This document shows, piece after piece, positions 24,401-27,225 of a DNA stretch of 27,225 bases. The position numbers were made by a program, and so were the translations under genes. The DNA comes from a virus (lineage: Duplodnaviria > Caudoviricetes). The notes below the pieces were generated by a model, which ran no database searches, was not told where the DNA came from, and saw only the letters and a list, made by a program, of their open reading frames with translations. Each line of letters begins with the position of its first letter. Position 1 is the stretch's first letter. Location: positions 1-27,225 of the IMG/VR virus record IMGVR_UViG_3300027975_000014; one strand, written 5' to 3'.

Positions 24401-24945
24401 GGGAGGAGCGGACCAAGAACTTCCAGTCGTTCTTCGGTAACATGGCGTCCCTGATGAAGTCGGGCAACAGCAAGCTCTTCAAGATAGGCCAAGCTGCCGC
24501 TCTTGCGCAAGCTAGCATCGACGCAGCGAGTGCAATTATGAAGGCATACAGCAGCGCGCCGTACCCGTACAATATCGCGCTGGCGGCTGCGCAAGCGGCT
24601 GCGAGTGCGGTACAGATTGCCCAGATAGCGGGTGCGACGCCTGGGTTCCAAACGGGTGGCGAGTTCAAGGTTGGTGGCTCGGGTGGTGCTGATAGCCAGA
24701 TGGTCGCGTTCCGTGCAACCCCGGGCGAGAAGGTTGCAGTGAGCACACCGCAGCAGCAGCGCAAGGGTGATCCGAACAGTGGTGGAGCTTCGAACCAGAA
24801 AATCGAGTTCAAGCCGCAGATCATTAACGTGCGTGACCCGAAGGAAATCCCGAATGCAATCGAGAGTGGCGAAGGGCAGCAGTCCATCCTCAACGTGATC
24901 GGGTACAACATGAACGTCATCCGCGAGATGCTGAAATCAGGTTAA
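21415..24945 (+). CDS. Tail tape measure protein (1176 aa)
   Basis: N-terminal tape-measure domain 'LLQLGQA...RAEEFNSILE', long helical Ala-rich body, C-terminal 'GFQTGG...GSGGADS...PGE'; follows the chaperones. Confidence 0.93.
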   Translation: MTVERIDIQIREDGSRVVKRNIESIGTTAKASATGVNILKSALLGLGSLLALNELRKYADAWSAVNGMVRVATASTQEATAVMDELFKVSQKTRQGVVDMVELYSRLAIAGREVGASQADLIKFTENIGKTLAFSNRTTDQARGALLQLGQAVGGVLVRAEEFNSILEGAPAILQIAANNIDEAGGSIIRLRQIMIQERLTSKMFFEAIMAGTDEINAKFSKSAFTIGQSFIIIRNAFTKWIGEADAAIGISNAIGKAARYISDNMSDLLDTIVRLTKTVAVAAVAYGAFLLAMKVNAIVESAKAFLGLTAAVASGNVVMLGSAAANSQKAIAVLASAEADRAAVIAATLKADAEGAGIILTTRAAVANAAAAADRIRWSQAQLVSERELEIVRMKAQISDIGRMQSATRLAGIRTSELAMTKLLTTAEAELTAAKAAASAASSAQLARATQQSAALAAAGANVAAAQAAVATTGAAAAGTTTVFGQAMLFLRNMLNSVYTRVVALFVLINAHPFVALATAIIATIGVLVVWGDKLNAGVDDLTTMKDVALAVWEQIRAGLLGLYGILNDVFGGILSVIGNVLTTITAVTAEQIKAWLSYFDGFYDGVGKGFAGVARSVARTMDAIAGLLTGLGIGVVRAFAGIPGAISEMFKRTYNVVIGIVEKLVNVVVDGVNVMRDAVGMSLIEVVQFERMEVDKTFFEDYGKNIANSINDGFTQQGGFLEGWVDGVLKRAQEIARDRAPLEDIKVDLNRKPLPLPPLAGKPDPNADKALRRLKESLQSLLNQIAPIEGAMMEMAAAVETLDAARRKGLITAEQEGRYLELLSRYYMDILNPLGAMNREIDQQTALLGMSAAAREVEGQVLEATKELLKQGIMLTKEETQALRDKLTTLQELNRITQVQDEILANSVGARQAYIDQLTAINKLLAEGQITKGDATAQMMQSTPELFEGTQEAIDLQIERFRYMYEQIDLMRQKDLISDATAEQMRAKVANQQWEERTKNFQSFFGNMASLMKSGNSKLFKIGQAAALAQASIDAASAIMKAYSSAPYPYNIALAAAQAAASAVQIAQIAGATPGFQTGGEFKVGGSGGADSQMVAFRATPGEKVAVSTPQQQRKGDPNSGGASNQKIEFKPQIINVRDPKEIPNAIESGEGQQSILNVIGYNMNVIREMLKSG

Positions 24946-24951
24946 CCACAC

Positions 24952-25812
24952 ATGCCTAACGCAGTTGGATTCGTTGACGATACTTTGGGCTACGCCAACC
25001 GGGCGATGCTCGAGTACATCCGTGACTTTGTAGACACGAACGGCTGGACCATCCTCGAGCAGGACATGGCGTCGGACACGCGCTACTGGATCGCGGAAGC
25101 GCCCGGTTATGTGGGACCGGACGGCCCTGTGCGCGCCTACGTCGGCATGCGCTCGTATCAGTCGGTCCCGTCGGACTATTACAACCTCTCGGTCGCAGTG
25201 TTCACAGGGTACGTCCCGGGCAATACGTTCACCACTCAGCCGGGTTACGTGGAGTCTGGCATACCCGCGCACAATCAGCGCATCGACTACTGGCTCACGG
25301 TGAACGACCGTCGCGTGGCGTTCGGGCTGAAGGTTGGAACGCCTGTTTATGAGTGTGGTTACGCAGGGTTCTTCCTGCCGTATGCTAACCCGCGCCAGTA
25401 CCCCTATCCGATCTGCTGCGGGGGCATGCTGAGCGGTGTCCCTGCTACGCGCTACAGCGACACGTCGCACTCGTTCCCGTGGAAGGGTTCGCGCGCCAAC
25501 TTGCAGATACGCTGGATCACAGGGGCCTACCTCCAGCCGCAGACTTATCCATGGAATAACGGCTACCTTGCAGGCGGTCAAGGCATCCGCCCTGCGGACG
25601 GCACTGCCACTGCTAGCTACCCGCTGCCCCGTGTGGTCATGTGCGACAGCTCCCCGAACATTTACGGCGAGCTCGACGGCATCCACTACATCACAGGTTT
25701 CAACAACGTCGTAGAGAACACGCTTGTCATCGGTGGCGAAACATACATCGTGCTTCAAGACGTTGCGCGCACCGGCTTCATCGACTATTTTGCACTGAGG
25801 CTTGAAACCTGA
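24952..25812 (+). CDS. Tail-tip virion structural protein (286 aa)
   Basis: First gene after the TMP; 'PYANPRQYPYP', 'YGELDGI', 'VENTL...QDV.R'; recalls post-TMP proteins of YuA/D3112-type siphoviruses (from memory). Confidence 0.75.
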   Translation: MPNAVGFVDDTLGYANRAMLEYIRDFVDTNGWTILEQDMASDTRYWIAEAPGYVGPDGPVRAYVGMRSYQSVPSDYYNLSVAVFTGYVPGNTFTTQPGYVESGIPAHNQRIDYWLTVNDRRVAFGLKVGTPVYECGYAGFFLPYANPRQYPYPICCGGMLSGVPATRYSDTSHSFPWKGSRANLQIRWITGAYLQPQTYPWNNGYLAGGQGIRPADGTATASYPLPRVVMCDSSPNIYGELDGIHYITGFNNVVENTLVIGGETYIVLQDVARTGFIDYFALRLET

Positions 25813-26735
25813 TGGCATACGCTACAAGCTCAATCGCGGACCTCGCGTCCCTCCTGACGTTCATTCGTGATACCTGTACGTTGAACGGCTGGACGCTGTC
25901 AGGCAACGTACTGCACAAGGGCGACACATACGTTGAGGTGATGCTTGACGGTTCAGTTGGTGTCCGCATCCTCGGTGGCAACGGCAAGGACGGCAGCAAC
26001 CTTCTGACTACACCAGGCCCTCAGTATGCGTATTTCGGAACGATAGCGGGTATCCCGCTCACTTATCCGATGACGTGCGATATACACATCAACACAGCCC
26101 CAGACGAAGTGTTCGTCGTTATCAACTACTCGACAAGCTATTATTCGCTGATGGCATGGGGCAAGTCTGACGTCCCCGGGCTTACGGGAACGGGAAATTG
26201 GTATCATGCGAATCGAACACCGCAACAGGGTTCACGTGAATACCAATGCTCTCCAGCCGGCATTGATACGCAGACGAACTTCGGAGTCAACGTTGACGGT
26301 TGTCCGTTATTCCATGTCTACACAGGCGCCCCAGGCGGCAACAGTAGCGGAACGAACAATAGTTTCATCCACGGTGACGTTGATAGCGGGGGGTGGCACG
26401 GCAACACGGGTTCGTCAAACATGGCCAGCTCTAATCGTTTCCTTAGCCCGTTAATCGCATATTCTCCGAACCTGTGGAGCGGCGAAGCGTTGTTGATACC
26501 GTTCCCAGTTTATATGCCGCGCTCCTCGGGCAGCAAACAGACGCTTGTCGCGGACCTCAAGCATATCCGACACATTCGCATCGACAACATTGTTCCCGGC
26601 GATATCATTACGCTTGGACCGGACGACTGGAAGGTGTACCCGTGGTTCCGCAAGGACATCACGGAACGAGACGGCGGAGCAGAGAACACCCACTCCGGAA
26701 CTTTGGCGTATGCTTTGCGGTACACCGGGCCCTGA
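25812..26735 (+). CDS. Tail-tip virion structural protein (307 aa)
   Basis: TGATG coupling; 'PGDIITLGPDDWKVYPW...HSG...ALRY.GP' C-terminus. Confidence 0.75.
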   Translation: MAYATSSIADLASLLTFIRDTCTLNGWTLSGNVLHKGDTYVEVMLDGSVGVRILGGNGKDGSNLLTTPGPQYAYFGTIAGIPLTYPMTCDIHINTAPDEVFVVINYSTSYYSLMAWGKSDVPGLTGTGNWYHANRTPQQGSREYQCSPAGIDTQTNFGVNVDGCPLFHVYTGAPGGNSSGTNNSFIHGDVDSGGWHGNTGSSNMASSNRFLSPLIAYSPNLWSGEALLIPFPVYMPRSSGSKQTLVADLKHIRHIRIDNIVPGDIITLGPDDWKVYPWFRKDITERDGGAENTHSGTLAYALRYTGP

Positions 26736-26737
26736 CC

Positions 26738-27225
26738 ATGGCAGTTCTTGCTGGCTTTGTTCCGTTACCGGCTGAGCCCTTGCCCATCAACCCGTGGCTC
26801 TCGCACGGGTTGAATGCCTTTGAAACGGATTACACAGCATGGTGGCCGACAAGAACCTCCACCGTGGGCATGGGCAGCGACGTCGAAAGAGGCGCGCATA
26901 CGGTAGTTGATAATGTTCCGGTTTCAATGTACCCGGACCTGCTCAGCGGTACGGTCCCGCGCGCCTACTCAGACGACTACTATAACCGCATCCACATCAT
27001 ACCAACGAGCATTGAGCTCGGTAACCTGCTCTCGACGCAGATTCGGTACTTCGATGTCTGGAATGCGTACTTCGTTCCGCGCACGCTGAACGCTATTGTC
27101 GAGACTGACACCGACGGGTTAGCTATCTCGGGACCGACTGCTCCGCTTGTATACGAAGCGCTGCGTATGTCGGAGTACGAGCTCACCATTCTAACGTCTG
27201 GCCCTCCGGTCGTTGATGCGTTTTA
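26738..27225 (+). CDS. Tail-tip virion structural protein (3' truncated by the window)
   Basis: ATG 26738, frame open to the window end: MAVLAGFVP...'DDYYNRIHIIPTSIELGNLLS...VWNAY'. Confidence 0.75.
   Translation, partial: MAVLAGFVPLPAEPLPINPWLSHGLNAFETDYTAWWPTRTSTVGMGSDVERGAHTVVDNVPVSMYPDLLSGTVPRAYSDDYYNRIHIIPTSIELGNLLSTQIRYFDVWNAYFVPRTLNAIVETDTDGLAISGPTAPLVYEALRMSEYELTILTSGPPVVDAF

Noticed and set aside
1-27225. CRISPR array, DGR/retron reverse transcriptase, integrase, transposase, invertible tail-fibre cassette
   Set aside because: No periodic direct repeats, no RT (YxDD) or recombinase-like ORF and no long duplicated segments were seen in this window.

Overview
This 27.2 kb window is part of a tailed dsDNA phage genome (siphovirus-type, GC-rich). 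The host is Gram-negative, judged by the Rz/Rz1 spanin pair. All credible genes are on the + strand. Order: (i) 1-2719, the end of a putative virion/adsorption-protein cluster, including a 525-aa beta-helix plus Ig-like protein; (ii) 2716-7491, an accessory region with a VRR-NUC nuclease, a GNAT acetyltransferase, several micro-ORFs missed by the ORF track, a UvrD/Rep helicase, a cluster of palindromes and a candidate ~60-70 nt tRNA-like structured RNA with its own promoter; (iii) 7542-9142, lysis (Cys-rich single-TM protein, transglycosylase endolysin, holin, i-spanin with embedded o-spanin); (iv) 9219-16259, terminases, portal, MuF/gp7-like protein, scaffold and SPP1-gp13-like major capsid; (v) 16335-27225, head-tail joining, tail tube, tail chaperones with a G GGA AAC -1 frameshift, tape measure and the first tail-tip proteins. 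A family of sigma70-type promoters shares extra conserved bases, and the scaffold and capsid leaders carry repeated C(AUGG)G hairpins. No integrase, DNA polymerase, canonical tRNA, CRISPR array or mobile element was seen. All family assignments come from motif recognition by eye, without database searches.
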